A stretch of 64,000 nucleotides of DNA from Candidatus Collierbacteria bacterium RIFOXYD2_FULL_45_13 (GCA_001774685.1 MFAS01000001.1:91489-155488), one strand, 5' to 3'. Counted from the first letter of the stretch, positions 38,277-48,481 are shown. The notes: generated from the sequence alone by a model not told the origin. Numbers and translations: made by a program.

Positions 38277-40142
38277 ATGTCCATCACTGTTTTCACTCAA
38301 ACTGGTGCGCGAGTCGACCTTGATCCAAACGATGCGGTCGGTTCAGGAGGTGAAGGAACCGTGTTTCCTGATCCTACTAACCCCAATGATTTGATCAAGA
38401 TCTATGAGCATCCAGACAAAGGTCACGAAAAAAAACTAAAGGCGTTTATTGCCAAAGGTTTTTCCCTTCCCAAGTTTGTTGCTGCGCCAAAATCCCTAAA
38501 CTTTAATCGCTCTGGCGATGTCATCGGATACACCATGCCCTTCATCAAGCGGGCCAAGGCCTTTCGCGATTTAAGCAACAAGAACTTCCGCATCCGTCAG
38601 AAGATCAACAACAAGAAAGTCGTTGCTCTTCACTTAAACGACGCCAAAGTTCTCGATGCCATACATCAGCAAAAAATTGTCATCGGAGATAGAAACGATC
38701 AAAACGTTCTCTTCTCCGGAACCAATAGCTACTACATCGATTTCGACTCGGTTCAGTTCGATAACTGGCCCTGCCCGGTAGCGACCGAAAACTACCTAGA
38801 TCCGGCCCTCTACGGTCTGGATCTAACCCTCAAACCAGTGTTTCTTCCTCTTCACGACTGGTACTCCTATGCAACCATGCTGTTTAGAAGTTTGTTGCTT
38901 GTTCATCCTTACGGGGGAACTCATCCCAGAATAAGTGATTTACCAGACCGAGCATTGAAGAGAATCACCGTTTTTGATAAAGGAGTCATCTATCCGGCCG
39001 TTGGACTTCCACCTGACTTGGTTAGCGATGATCTGATGCACGTGTTTAGCAAGTACTTCAAAGATGGTTGGCGTGGTATGTTCCCACAAACGGAACTAGC
39101 CAAATTCCAGTCGGTTCTCATCGAATGCCCTTCATGCAACACCGCCTTCCCGTCAAATAAGCGGGCGTGCCCTGTTTGTAAAGAACAAAATCAGATCGTC
39201 ACTTCGGTTTCGATACCTGGTTCGCTTACTGTCAAACAATTAACAGGGATTAAAGGTCAGATACTTTACCAGCGCCTAGAGGGTGAGAATCTCATCCTGA
39301 TCACTTTGGAAAACAATCAGGCGGTTATGCACATTGTCAGCCAAAGCAATCTCTGGACCATCTCTCTCTTCCCTTACCAAACCGGGATGAGGTTCGAAGC
39401 CAGCACCAAACTACTGGCAGTCAATATTTCGGGTAGTGAACAAATCGACCTTTTCGAAATCAACTACAACGAAATTACCCAAATCGAAAGCTGTGTATCC
39501 GATACATATGCGATTACCCAAAACGCGGTATTTAGAGTCAATGGTACCCATCTCTTCCGTCTTGTCGGATCTCAACTGGTTGACACGGAAGTACTCAAGG
39601 GGACACTCCTAAACCGACCTGTTCGTCAAACCATCGAGCACCAATCATGGTTCAGTGTCAGTCCGGACACTTTTCCCGCCGTTGTCGGCTTCTACCGCGT
39701 AATGCGTCAGCAATTTTTCTGGATGCACCGCGAGGGGTTCTCGGCCGATCTTCCTCTCCCCGGCCTGGAACTGGGTGAAAGTCTTCTGGACATCACCGTC
39801 AAGTTTTCTACCAGTTCTTTTCTGATAGTCAGAAAGACCAAACTCAAAGGAGGCGAATACGTTCATTTTGACGCATTTGATAAAAAGGGCGTCAATCTGT
39901 ATTCGTCAAAAGTAGAAGTGGGGAAATTGCCTTCCGACAGAATTCACGGTCAGGCTTATGCTGGGGGAAAATTAATTTTTCCAACCGACACCGGAGCCAT
40001 TCGCTATGATCCGGCTAACGGCTCTCAAACTCAGTTTCAGGCAACCAGTAAAGTAGTAAACTCCGGCCAATCGTTATTCACCTATGCTGCCGGACTTCTG
40101 GTCGTTGACCCACGACACATTAGTTACATCACTCTCAACTAA
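38277..40142 (+). CDS. Ser/Thr protein kinase (YegI/TerY-P type) with zinc ribbon and beta-rich C-terminal domain
   Basis: GSGGEGTVF, LIKIY, IGDRNDQNVL, IDFDS, HPYGG; CPSC...CPVC; AAAGGAGG RBS. Confidence 0.88.
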   Translation: MSITVFTQTGARVDLDPNDAVGSGGEGTVFPDPTNPNDLIKIYEHPDKGHEKKLKAFIAKGFSLPKFVAAPKSLNFNRSGDVIGYTMPFIKRAKAFRDLSNKNFRIRQKINNKKVVALHLNDAKVLDAIHQQKIVIGDRNDQNVLFSGTNSYYIDFDSVQFDNWPCPVATENYLDPALYGLDLTLKPVFLPLHDWYSYATMLFRSLLLVHPYGGTHPRISDLPDRALKRITVFDKGVIYPAVGLPPDLVSDDLMHVFSKYFKDGWRGMFPQTELAKFQSVLIECPSCNTAFPSNKRACPVCKEQNQIVTSVSIPGSLTVKQLTGIKGQILYQRLEGENLILITLENNQAVMHIVSQSNLWTISLFPYQTGMRFEASTKLLAVNISGSEQIDLFEINYNEITQIESCVSDTYAITQNAVFRVNGTHLFRLVGSQLVDTEVLKGTLLNRPVRQTIEHQSWFSVSPDTFPAVVGFYRVMRQQFFWMHREGFSADLPLPGLELGESLLDITVKFSTSSFLIVRKTKLKGGEYVHFDAFDKKGVNLYSSKVEVGKLPSDRIHGQAYAGGKLIFPTDTGAIRYDPANGSQTQFQATSKVVNSGQSLFTYAAGLLVVDPRHISYITLN

Positions 40143-40157
40143 ACAAGGAGAATCCTC

Positions 40158-41087
40158 ATGACCCCTACCCTTTACTCACCTTCCGATGTTGCCAAGCTTT
40201 ACACACCTCGCAGTCAATTCGTCACCGACGGTATGAAGAATCGCACCAAACTCACCGCCTTCGAAGATAAGCGCAAGGTTGCGCTGTTGACCGTCGACGG
40301 ACAATGGGACTTTGTCAGTACAACTGGTGAACTTCCGGTTCCCGGAGCCACCGAAGATATGCAACGTCTCATAAACTTCATTTACCGTAACGTCGACCAG
40401 ATCACCAGCAACTACATGTCCATGGATGACCACCCGCCTTTTGCTATCTTTTTCCCCACCTGGTGGCGAAATCGGAACGGGGAAGCCCCGGGCAACAAAG
40501 ATTATGTTGCTATCAGCTACGCCGACATCAAAAGTGGAGCCTGGAAACCGATCATTGACCCTCTCTGGTCCACAGATTACGTCAAGAAGCTCGAAACTCA
40601 AGCCAAGAAACCGCTGATGATTTGGCCTTTCCATTGTCTCCAGGGTACACCAGGACAATCTTTGGTCGCTGCACTATCAGAAGCCATCATGTACCACTCT
40701 GCCGCACGAGGTAGTCAACCGACCAGAATCTCCAAAGGTACCAATCCTCGCACCGAACACTATGGCATCTTCAAAGCCGAAATCGAAGACCCGAAAGACG
40801 TCAGCACCCAGCTCAACACAGCTGTACTCGACGCTATTGCCAAGCACGATCTCATCTACGTCGCTGGGGAAGCCAAGAGTCATTGTGTACTCGAAACGAT
40901 GTCTCAACTTGTCGGATATTTCGGCAGGACTCAGCCTGAAACCATCAAAAAGATCCGCTTCCTCATGGACTGTACCAGCTCCGTAAAACATCCAAGCATC
41001 GATTTCGAAGCTATTGCCAATACCGAGCTCGACAAGATGGTCCAAAAAGGCGTCGTTCTCGTAAACAGCACCGACCCCATCCGCTAG
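40158..41087 (+). CDS. Nicotinamidase/isochorismatase-family cysteine hydrolase
   Basis: VDGQWDF, GELPVPGA, SMDDH, WPFHC, ISKG, AGEAKSHCV (Asp-Lys-Cys triad plus metal ligands); AAGGAG RBS. Confidence 0.85.
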   Translation: MTPTLYSPSDVAKLYTPRSQFVTDGMKNRTKLTAFEDKRKVALLTVDGQWDFVSTTGELPVPGATEDMQRLINFIYRNVDQITSNYMSMDDHPPFAIFFPTWWRNRNGEAPGNKDYVAISYADIKSGAWKPIIDPLWSTDYVKKLETQAKKPLMIWPFHCLQGTPGQSLVAALSEAIMYHSAARGSQPTRISKGTNPRTEHYGIFKAEIEDPKDVSTQLNTAVLDAIAKHDLIYVAGEAKSHCVLETMSQLVGYFGRTQPETIKKIRFLMDCTSSVKHPSIDFEAIANTELDKMVQKGVVLVNSTDPIR

Positions 41088-41110
41088 ATCGTAAACAAAA
41101 AGGAGATCTT

Positions 41111-41827
41111 ATGACTTCAAAAAGCGTCATTACTGTAGCCAACCTCAACAATACGAGCGCCCTCGCTCAAGTTCAGCACGCAGGTGCCAGCGACCTGAAC
41201 GGCGATCAAGTCACCTTGATTCTGCGCATCCTCGATCGCACTGGATCCCTTCTCCGCTACAAGTCGGAAATGATCCAAGCCGCTCAGCTCAATGTTGATG
41301 CCCTGCGCGAATCCAAAGCTGGCGACGAGATGCTCATGTCCACCTGGACCTTCAACGCTACAGACGGCTTCACTGTAGTCGATGGCTTCGTCAAGCTCGA
41401 AGACGTTACCCCGCTTGACGACCAAAACTACGACATGCAGCCTGAAGACATGACCAACCTGTATGACACTGTCTTCACCGCTCTTACCGACCCTCTTGCC
41501 GGCATCATCGCCTACGCGGACAGCCTGCGGAAAAGTGGTATCCGCGTCAAAGTCACTGTCTTGGTCCTCACCGACGGCGAAGACAACCGCAGTCGGATTG
41601 ATCCCAGCAAAATCAAGGCTCTAACGAGCGCCAATGAAGGTTGTTACTTCTGTCTCATGGCCTTCGGCACCGGCTTTGCTCAGGAAGCGGCCCGCGACAT
41701 GGGCTTCCCCAACGTCCGCGAATACAACGCCACCAAAGGCGAACTTCGCAAGATGATGGGTGAGTTCTCCAAGTCCCAGGTTCGCGCCTCACAAAGCACC
41801 GTCGCTCCCAACGCTTTCTTTAATTAG
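41111..41827 (+). CDS. vWA domain protein (TerY-like)
   Basis: MIDAS-like LDRTGS, TNLYD, VLTDGEDN; AAGGAG RBS. Confidence 0.85.
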   Translation: MTSKSVITVANLNNTSALAQVQHAGASDLNGDQVTLILRILDRTGSLLRYKSEMIQAAQLNVDALRESKAGDEMLMSTWTFNATDGFTVVDGFVKLEDVTPLDDQNYDMQPEDMTNLYDTVFTALTDPLAGIIAYADSLRKSGIRVKVTVLVLTDGEDNRSRIDPSKIKALTSANEGCYFCLMAFGTGFAQEAARDMGFPNVREYNATKGELRKMMGEFSKSQVRASQSTVAPNAFFN

Positions 41828-41839
41828 TCGGTTTTCTTC

Positions 41840-41866
41840 GCCCTCCCCATCCGGGAGGGCTTTTTT
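41840..41866 (+). terminator. Intrinsic terminator closing the operon
   Basis: GCCCTCCC-CATCC-GGGAGGGC-TTTTTT. Confidence 0.85.
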
Positions 41867-41910
41867 ATCACCCAATTTGACAGAACCAATATCCATAATT
41901 AAGATTAGTT

Positions 41911-42483
41911 ATGAATAAACTCGGTTATCTTCTTAAACTAGCCGCCAGTGCATCTCTTTTCCTAATCATCGTCAGTCCCTCATTTGCCGCCAAGCCAGAC
42001 AACGCTGGAAACGGCTACACTAAATCTGGCAAACCAGTCGCCGTTGTTTCCACAGTTCGAGCCAAAGCCTGTCAAGCCAAGGAATCGGCCGTCAAAACAC
42101 GGATGACGCAGATGACGAAACTCGTCACCACCATGGAAACTACCTTCGACAAAATCGCCGAAAGAGTCCGGGGGTACTATACCGACAAAGTGCTTCCTTC
42201 CGGCAAGTCTCTCCCTAACTACAGTGCCCTGACAAGCAACATTACCTCCAATAAAGCTCTGGTCCAAACAGCCCTTGACAAAGCTCAAGCTGACACCTTA
42301 GCTTTCAGCTGTGACTCCGAAAATCCTAGAACTCTATTGCTCCAGTTCAATACCAACATGAAACTGGTCAAAGGTGCTCTCAAAACATACAGGACGGCCA
42401 TTAATAAGCTTATTGTCGCGATCAGGACCATCCCCGCCATTTCTCCAACCCCTTCTCCCACCAATAATGTCACCATTGATTAA
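41911..42483 (+). CDS. Secreted helical hypothetical protein
   Basis: Signal peptide, two Cys, coiled-coil character, SPTPSP tail. Confidence 0.7.
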   Translation: MNKLGYLLKLAASASLFLIIVSPSFAAKPDNAGNGYTKSGKPVAVVSTVRAKACQAKESAVKTRMTQMTKLVTTMETTFDKIAERVRGYYTDKVLPSGKSLPNYSALTSNITSNKALVQTALDKAQADTLAFSCDSENPRTLLLQFNTNMKLVKGALKTYRTAINKLIVAIRTIPAISPTPSPTNNVTID

Positions 42484-42732
42484 ATGACCAACACCAAACA
42501 ACCCATGACCTACGCCACCAAAATAATCATTCTCGCGACTCTCGCTATCATCGTTGGATATTTAATATCCTCTGAAAAATCGAGACCGGCCGTTTTTCAA
42601 ACCAACCCACAGACTGAGAACATTCAAGACGAGAGTGGGCTTAACCAAGCACAGGATGAACTGGATACAATTAATGTCGATAGCCTAGACAGTGGAATCA
42701 ATCAACTGAACTCGGAAGCCTACACTTTCTAG
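42484..42732 (+). CDS. Small membrane-anchored hypothetical protein
   Basis: N-terminal TM and acidic tail; starts right after the upstream stop. Confidence 0.65.
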   Translation: MTNTKQPMTYATKIIILATLAIIVGYLISSEKSRPAVFQTNPQTENIQDESGLNQAQDELDTINVDSLDSGINQLNSEAYTF

Positions 42733-43118
42733 CCCTCGTTCCGTTTCTTTCTCAAATTACCAATCTCTTCGTTGAAGAGCACTGTCCACTTGTGCCCGCT
42801 CTGCCTCATGCTATCCAGTTGCCTTTGTTTCCTCAAACCCGTCGCGTTTATTACTCTTTTCTTTTGAACTCCCCGGCCTTTTTGAATATATCTTTTTTTC
42901 AATTCATCTCTCTTCTCCATAGTCACCTCGACCAATTTACCTCCCGTGTTGGCTTTTGGATTAACTACGTAAAAGTCTATCTTCGAGTCTCCAATCGGTA
43001 TCTGATAGTAAACCTCACAACCCACTTCCAGACAGGCTAAAGCAAAATCCTTTTCGCCTTGGTTCCTTAGCTTTTCTGCTAAACCCCAAGTCAGCCTTTC
43101 CCCCATTTCTAATCTCAT
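42729..43118 (-). CDS. Hypothetical protein, possibly PD-(D/E)XK-like
   Basis: E...IDFYV...LVEVT spacing resembles a restriction-fold core; TATAAT upstream. Confidence 0.45.
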   Translation of the reverse strand: MRLEMGERLTWGLAEKLRNQGEKDFALACLEVGCEVYYQIPIGDSKIDFYVVNPKANTGGKLVEVTMEKRDELKKRYIQKGRGVQKKRVINATGLRKQRQLDSMRQSGHKWTVLFNEEIGNLRKKRNEG

Positions 43119-43140
43119 AATTCCAGGATTATACTCTTCG

Positions 43141-43732
43141 TTATAATTCTCTCACCTGCATGAACTTTCTTGAACCGACTACGAACCAATAGGCTGAGCT
43201 TCCGGAGCCATCCGGTCTGGTCGTATACGTTACCAGTAGGTCACCGCCTGCCCATCCCGACACATGATCAATCACATCCATGTTTTTGGACAATTTCCAA
43301 TACTCACCCACTTCCAAATACTTCTTTCCATCACTAAACAGACTTCCATCCGTCTTGAAAACGTAATAGTCTTTCCCGTTCAGATCGTTCTTTTGTATAA
43401 TAAAGATGTTTGTTGTCTGCAGACCAACTATTAAACGGTATTGCAAACGCTTGACCCGAATCTGCCACAACGTCAAAAAGCAACAGGCTGCTATTTTGCT
43501 GACTGTCCAAGATTTTGAAGGCATAACTGACCCTCTCTCCTGTGACATTTCTTTCACCTACGAGTTTAAGGCTTCCATCACTATTTGTTGCTTCTTCCAA
43601 CCGAGTGGGAGAAGTTTCTGTTGCTTCGACAGCCACCGAAAGATTTGGCTTCTGACTTCTTTTGACCGAAGATATATAGAAAACCATCAACGCCACTACC
43701 AGCGCTAACCCCACCATCTTCTTTAATACCAT
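43141..43732 (-). pseudogene. Frameshifted membrane-anchored beta-rich protein (two ORF halves)
   Basis: Frame 1 ...PFNSWSADNK continues plausibly as IFIIQKNDLNGKDYYVF in another frame at ~43405. Confidence 0.6.
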
Positions 43733-43899
43733 GTATAAAGATTAGCACAATGTGTGCTTTTTGTAACTTCTCGTACATAATAAGCGCACAATTTTGACAA
43801 ACAAAGTGCAATTCTACCAAAGTTCAAGCCAGTCTTGTTTCCGTCGGCCATAAGGACAAAACCATGCCTAAAAAATTTTGCTCGTGGGACGATTTCGAA

Positions 43900-44376
43900 C
43901 TATTTTAGATCTCTAAGTTTCTGAACAATATTCAAATCACTATTACCTCGTTTTTCGATCCTGTACCCATCAGTAGAACTGAAAGTATATGCTTTTATAA
44001 AACATTCAGGCTTAAGGGTATTAACATCGATTCCGTCAACAATAATTTTGACAACATCACTTTTTGGATCGCAAATATTATCTTCGATCAAAACACTCTT
44101 TTCTGCAAAAGCCACTTTAATCCCTTCTGGATTTACAAATTCATGTTCTTTTTCATCGGAGATCTCAAAACCATTACTTGACATCAATTCTTTCAAAAAA
44201 GACCATTTTTCTCCTGTAAACTCATCATCAACCAACAAATCAATATCGTCAAAATCTCTAAACTTCCCTAAGTAGACAGATACTCCCAATGAACCGTATA
44301 GAATAGAGTCGACATTGTTTACTCTGAGGAAACCATCAACTTTCTTGTAATCACCAAGTTTTACAGACATAGGCAA
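43900..44376 (-). CDS. Nucleotidyltransferase-fold protein
   Basis: LYGSLG...DDIDLLV (GS...DxD) motif. Confidence 0.65.
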   Translation of the reverse strand: MPMSVKLGDYKKVDGFLRVNNVDSILYGSLGVSVYLGKFRDFDDIDLLVDDEFTGEKWSFLKELMSSNGFEISDEKEHEFVNPEGIKVAFAEKSVLIEDNICDPKSDVVKIIVDGIDVNTLKPECFIKAYTFSSTDGYRIEKRGNSDLNIVQKLRDLK

Positions 44377-44477
44377 ATTTTACCAGAGTTCGAAAAAATG
44401 CCTATTTCAAATCAAAGCTCGCCAGATGGGACGATTTTCGAACTATTATCTCTCAGGCGATCTAGTTACAAACAATC

Positions 44478-44759
44478 TCAACGCTTTTTCTCAGACTTCT
44501 TACTCTTTAAATAGAGCCACAATGGAGCAATAACTAGCCCGAACAAACTAAGTAAGGATAACAACCCATTATCTTCTAACGCAAAGAAATACTGTATGAC
44601 CTTTAGAAAGAAGAATGCTACTTGTATCAACACAAAACCAAACACGACAAATTTGGCAGACAAACCCCAGCTTATCTTTCCTTCCGCATAATACTGATAT
44701 AAAACCACGGGCAAAGTGGCTCCAACAATCAATAGTATTAACCAAATCATGTTATTCAT
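44478..44759 (-). CDS. Small three-TM membrane protein
   Basis: 93 aa, hydrophobic. Confidence 0.6.
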   Translation of the reverse strand: MNNMIWLILLIVGATLPVVLYQYYAEGKISWGLSAKFVVFGFVLIQVAFFFLKVIQYFFALEDNGLLSLLSLFGLVIAPLWLYLKSKKSEKKR

Positions 44760-44774
44760 AGACTTATTTAATTA

Positions 44775-45254
44775 TTAGTTGTCTACCACTAATGTCCCTG
44801 ACCACTTATCATGCCACCCTATTGGACGATGTTTTCCATCTTCACCCTTGCTTGAAAAAAATGAGAATGGTTCAAATGGTATGAATCTAACCAAAGAACG
44901 AATAAATATTTTTCTAAATTCAGGAGAGTTCCCTTCAGCATCTACAGCTCTCGTATTTGTTAAGAGCTTACCTGGGGTTTTACCAGTCAAAGATTCAAAT
45001 AGTAGATAGTATAAGAAGAAAGCTAGATATCCCAACACCTGCTCTGAGCCGTCAACGAAATCTGCTAAGCCAAGTATTGCTAGTACAAAACCAATACAAA
45101 AGGCAAAAACCATTGCTCCCCCCATATCGATTAAATAATTAAGTAAGCGTTTGTTACTTGTTGCCGGCACAAACTCTTTTGGAGTCTCAAATCCGCAATA
45201 ACGACAATAAGAGGCATTGTTAGAAATTGATCTCCCACAGCTTTTGCAGTTCAT
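44775..45254 (-). CDS. Zinc-ribbon plus RDD family membrane protein
   Basis: CKSC...CRYC; KRLLNYLID, GKTPGK, WHDKWSGTLV. Confidence 0.85.
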   Translation of the reverse strand: MNCKSCGRSISNNASYCRYCGFETPKEFVPATSNKRLLNYLIDMGGAMVFAFCIGFVLAILGLADFVDGSEQVLGYLAFFLYYLLFESLTGKTPGKLLTNTRAVDAEGNSPEFRKIFIRSLVRFIPFEPFSFFSSKGEDGKHRPIGWHDKWSGTLVVDN

Positions 45255-45281
45255 GTTTTATTTATTATTAATTTATTTAAC

Positions 45282-46016
45282 TTACCTAGTAAGCTCGAAT
45301 GAACTTATAAAATTATCAAAAGATTTCTCAAAGTTTGCATATTCACTTGAGACAATCAAAACCAAGTAAAACTTAACCTTGGGTAGATCATCTCTGACAA
45401 ATCCCATTCCCTTGACATAATAATCTTTCTCAAAAAAACCATTAAACTCTATAGCATCATAACCCTTAAATGAAGTGAGAATAGAATCGTTTATGCTATA
45501 ACCTGACTCTCCTACCATTCCATTGATTGAACCTTCTAAACCTGTCTTGTTGTCAAAATTTTCTGGAGCAATATCATAGTCCCAAGACTGAACCATATAA
45601 ACATTCTGATCATCTGGAGTCGAATAATAATATTGAGTACCACTATAAGTTACTCCATTAATAGAATCTGTTGGAATTCGTTGTGTGGTTGGATATTCTG
45701 GGAAACTGATTTTAAATCCGTGTTCTGCAGAGACAAATTTATCTGACTGATTTGACAAGTTTTGAGTTGTGGGTGTGTCTGCTCCCTCTTCTGGAACATT
45801 TCCTAATACATATAGACCGAATATGATTAAGAAAAGAACTAGTAATCCTAATAAAATATTTTTTAACAATGAAGGTTTTTTGTTTGGTACATACACCACA
45901 TCGCTTATCGAACGACCAATTCGACCTTTACTGGTCTTAGACTGTAATTTTTGACCACATTTTTCACAATATCTACTTCCGAAAGGGTTATTGCGACCAC
46001 AATATTTACACTTCAT
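45282..46016 (-). CDS. Zinc-ribbon membrane protein with a PsbP-like extracellular domain
   Basis: CKYC...CEKC, TM, HGFKISFP...FDNFISSFEL. Confidence 0.65.
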   Translation of the reverse strand: MKCKYCGRNNPFGSRYCEKCGQKLQSKTSKGRIGRSISDVVYVPNKKPSLLKNILLGLLVLFLIIFGLYVLGNVPEEGADTPTTQNLSNQSDKFVSAEHGFKISFPEYPTTQRIPTDSINGVTYSGTQYYYSTPDDQNVYMVQSWDYDIAPENFDNKTGLEGSINGMVGESGYSINDSILTSFKGYDAIEFNGFFEKDYYVKGMGFVRDDLPKVKFYLVLIVSSEYANFEKSFDNFISSFELTR

Positions 46017-46022
46017 AACTTT

Positions 46023-46799
46023 TTATTTATTAATAAAATTCTTGTTCCAAAAATAGGTCATCGCCTTGATTCTATTAGTAGTCAATGGATGATTTGATAA
46101 GAGCTCTCCCAGCTTCAATCCAAATCCTCCAGCTACATTAAGTTGCTGGATATACCCATCAACATTTAGTTTTTTGTATAGCTCAGCTCCAATTGAAAGT
46201 TTTATCAACGATGAAACAGCAGAATCGATATTTCTCGTAAGCACTAGTCCGCATCTGTCAGAAGTATATTCCGTTTGTCTTTCATAAAACCCCATTACAA
46301 GATTTGAAAAAGGATTATTCATTCCTAGAGGACTCGTTAAGGAAGTTATTTTTGTGTGTCCGGCTTTAAAATGACCTAACTCATGAGCAACGACAAATCT
46401 CAGTTCTTTTGTTGACAACTGTTCTACCAGAGCAGATGTCAGAACAACAGTACAAGTGGAAATACCTAATGTCCACGCATTAAGACTTGGATCCTGTTTG
46501 ATATAAATATTTGCTTTCCTAACGCCCAGCATTTTTGAATACTCAAGCAGAATCTCGAATATCTCAGGAAATTGATTACTATGCACTCTTACAGAATCTC
46601 CAAGATAGTAGAATTGTTGTAATTGAATAAACACTATTCCAATCACTATCATAAAAAGAACAAAGTATACACTTATCAGCGATAATGCCCAGCCCAAGAG
46701 AATTAACAGTGAGAAACTAATAAATAAAGAGATAAATTCCCCACTATTTCGAAACATCCAACTTTCAACATTCTTATCTACATTTTCATATTGATTCAC
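46023..46799 (-). CDS. M48 family (HtpX-like) metallopeptidase
   Basis: LNAW, VVAHELGH, EYTSDR, NHPLTTNRI. Confidence 0.88.
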   Translation of the reverse strand: MNQYENVDKNVESWMFRNSGEFISLFISFSLLILLGWALSLISVYFVLFMIVIGIVFIQLQQFYYLGDSVRVHSNQFPEIFEILLEYSKMLGVRKANIYIKQDPSLNAWTLGISTCTVVLTSALVEQLSTKELRFVVAHELGHFKAGHTKITSLTSPLGMNNPFSNLVMGFYERQTEYTSDRCGLVLTRNIDSAVSSLIKLSIGAELYKKLNVDGYIQQLNVAGGFGLKLGELLSNHPLTTNRIKAMTYFWNKNFINK

Positions 46800-46938
46800 C
46801 TTAGCTCAATTATAAACCAAATAAATTACCAACAATCCATCAATGAATTTACTGATATAAAGGTCTCGAACTAGTCGTCTGACAAGTGATGTCATCGAGG
46901 AAGGCCCCTGTCAACACGATTAGACTATACTAAATTAC

Positions 46939-47220
46939 ATGAAGGGTATTATCAGCTTTGCTGTACTCATATTTGTTATATTTTGGATTTGGAATCACGT
47001 TATTTCACCCCCTAAATTCACTGGATTCTACTATCCGAATGCCGGTGAACTAAGTGTCTACAAACAAAGTCCCGAATTAGATTCCTTAGAAGAATGTCGA
47101 GAATGGGTTGAGGATATTAGTGGAGGACGAACAGATCAAAATTTTGATTATGAATGTGGAAAAAACTGTAGGCTGAGTGAGGCTGGTGGTATTTATATTT
47201 GTAATGAAACCTTAGAATAA
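46939..47220 (+). CDS. Small exported Cys-containing protein
   Basis: N-terminal TM, SLEECREW, YECGKNC; TATACT upstream. Confidence 0.65.
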   Translation: MKGIISFAVLIFVIFWIWNHVISPPKFTGFYYPNAGELSVYKQSPELDSLEECREWVEDISGGRTDQNFDYECGKNCRLSEAGGIYICNETLE

Positions 47221-47362
47221 TTCCTAAACTTCTTAACTCAACCCACATTGCTCACAAAAGGACGATCTTCGAAGTCAAAGCCAAAAGATTGGCGAGTAAA
47301 TTGCCAAAAACAGTTTAAAATACACAAAATACTATTTTGTGGTTAAATACTACTCATAAACT

Positions 47363-47596
47363 ATGATTTCAGTTACTTTCGGCGGTAAAGCAAAAAGATT
47401 AATGTATGAGGCGTTGAATAAGTCGGTTGATGGAGAGGGTTATCTCGTAGAAACTCTTAATCCGAAGCAAAGAGTCTTAACTAAAGATGGTGAGTTTATA
47501 AAACCAAATGAGGTTGGAATTGTTAGACCTGGCTCTCAAATATTTATTAAAAAAGATATTGTCTCATTAATTAAATTCGCTTCGGACTTAATTTAA
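47363..47596 (+). CDS. Hypothetical protein
   Basis: 77-aa ORF whose stop abuts the next ATG. Confidence 0.55.
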   Translation: MISVTFGGKAKRLMYEALNKSVDGEGYLVETLNPKQRVLTKDGEFIKPNEVGIVRPGSQIFIKKDIVSLIKFASDLI

Positions 47597-48481
47597 ATGG
47601 GTTTTTTAAAAGAACTTGGAGAGTTTTTGATAAAGATTTCAGAGGGCAAGCTTCAGTTCAAGGCAGATGTTCACTTCTTAGAAAATGTTAAAGATATTAA
47701 AGTAGGTGAATCCAACACGACTTATGTTGACAACAGAACTCTAATTATTGGTGACGATGCGTTGTCTAACCCTGAAGCGGTAAAAAAACTTACGCAAATA
47801 TTCCAATCTGCGATAGATCCAAAAAATAAACAAGCGTATTTTTCGGTAAATAATGGGCAGGAAAGGTTGTTGGAAGTGAAAGAGGCCGATATTTGTTCTT
47901 CAAACATAGACTTCTTTAGGGGTAAAATCTCCGACACAGATTTTATTATTCTACAAACGGCATCTGTAGTTAAAAACATGTATATCAAGGGAAACCAGCC
48001 CGAAGCAAATAGAATAAAACATGAGACTGTAGAAAGGTATGGCAAAAGAGCAAACAATATCATTAACTTATACGCTGAAAGTTACTTCGATACCACACTA
48101 AAGCCACTATATGAGATACTTTACGAAACGGGAGATGCTGACTCTGTAGATATCTTCGACAAAATGTATAGAATAATTGTTTCTGAGGAAGTTTTTACTT
48201 TATTTGTCTCAACGACACAGACAGAAGAACAGGTTTACGATAAGCTTAAGGAAAAAATAGAGGTCAACAGGTCTTACGGTGCTTACAAGATAAATATTCA
48301 TGGAATAAACAAGTCAAATGTTGACAAGATTAATAATGTTGTGGTTAAACTTATTGAAGAAAAAGTGGTTGATGGAATGCCAAATATCATTCAAAAAGGA
48401 CATGCCATCATGGCGCAAATTAAACTTAGTAAAAGAGAAGGAGATGTTGATCCATCAGATGATGTAGTTTCTATAATTTGA
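47597..48481 (+). CDS. Hypothetical protein
   Basis: 294-aa AT-rich ORF; no family recognised. Confidence 0.7.
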   Translation: MGFLKELGEFLIKISEGKLQFKADVHFLENVKDIKVGESNTTYVDNRTLIIGDDALSNPEAVKKLTQIFQSAIDPKNKQAYFSVNNGQERLLEVKEADICSSNIDFFRGKISDTDFIILQTASVVKNMYIKGNQPEANRIKHETVERYGKRANNIINLYAESYFDTTLKPLYEILYETGDADSVDIFDKMYRIIVSEEVFTLFVSTTQTEEQVYDKLKEKIEVNRSYGAYKINIHGINKSNVDKINNVVVKLIEEKVVDGMPNIIQKGHAIMAQIKLSKREGDVDPSDDVVSII

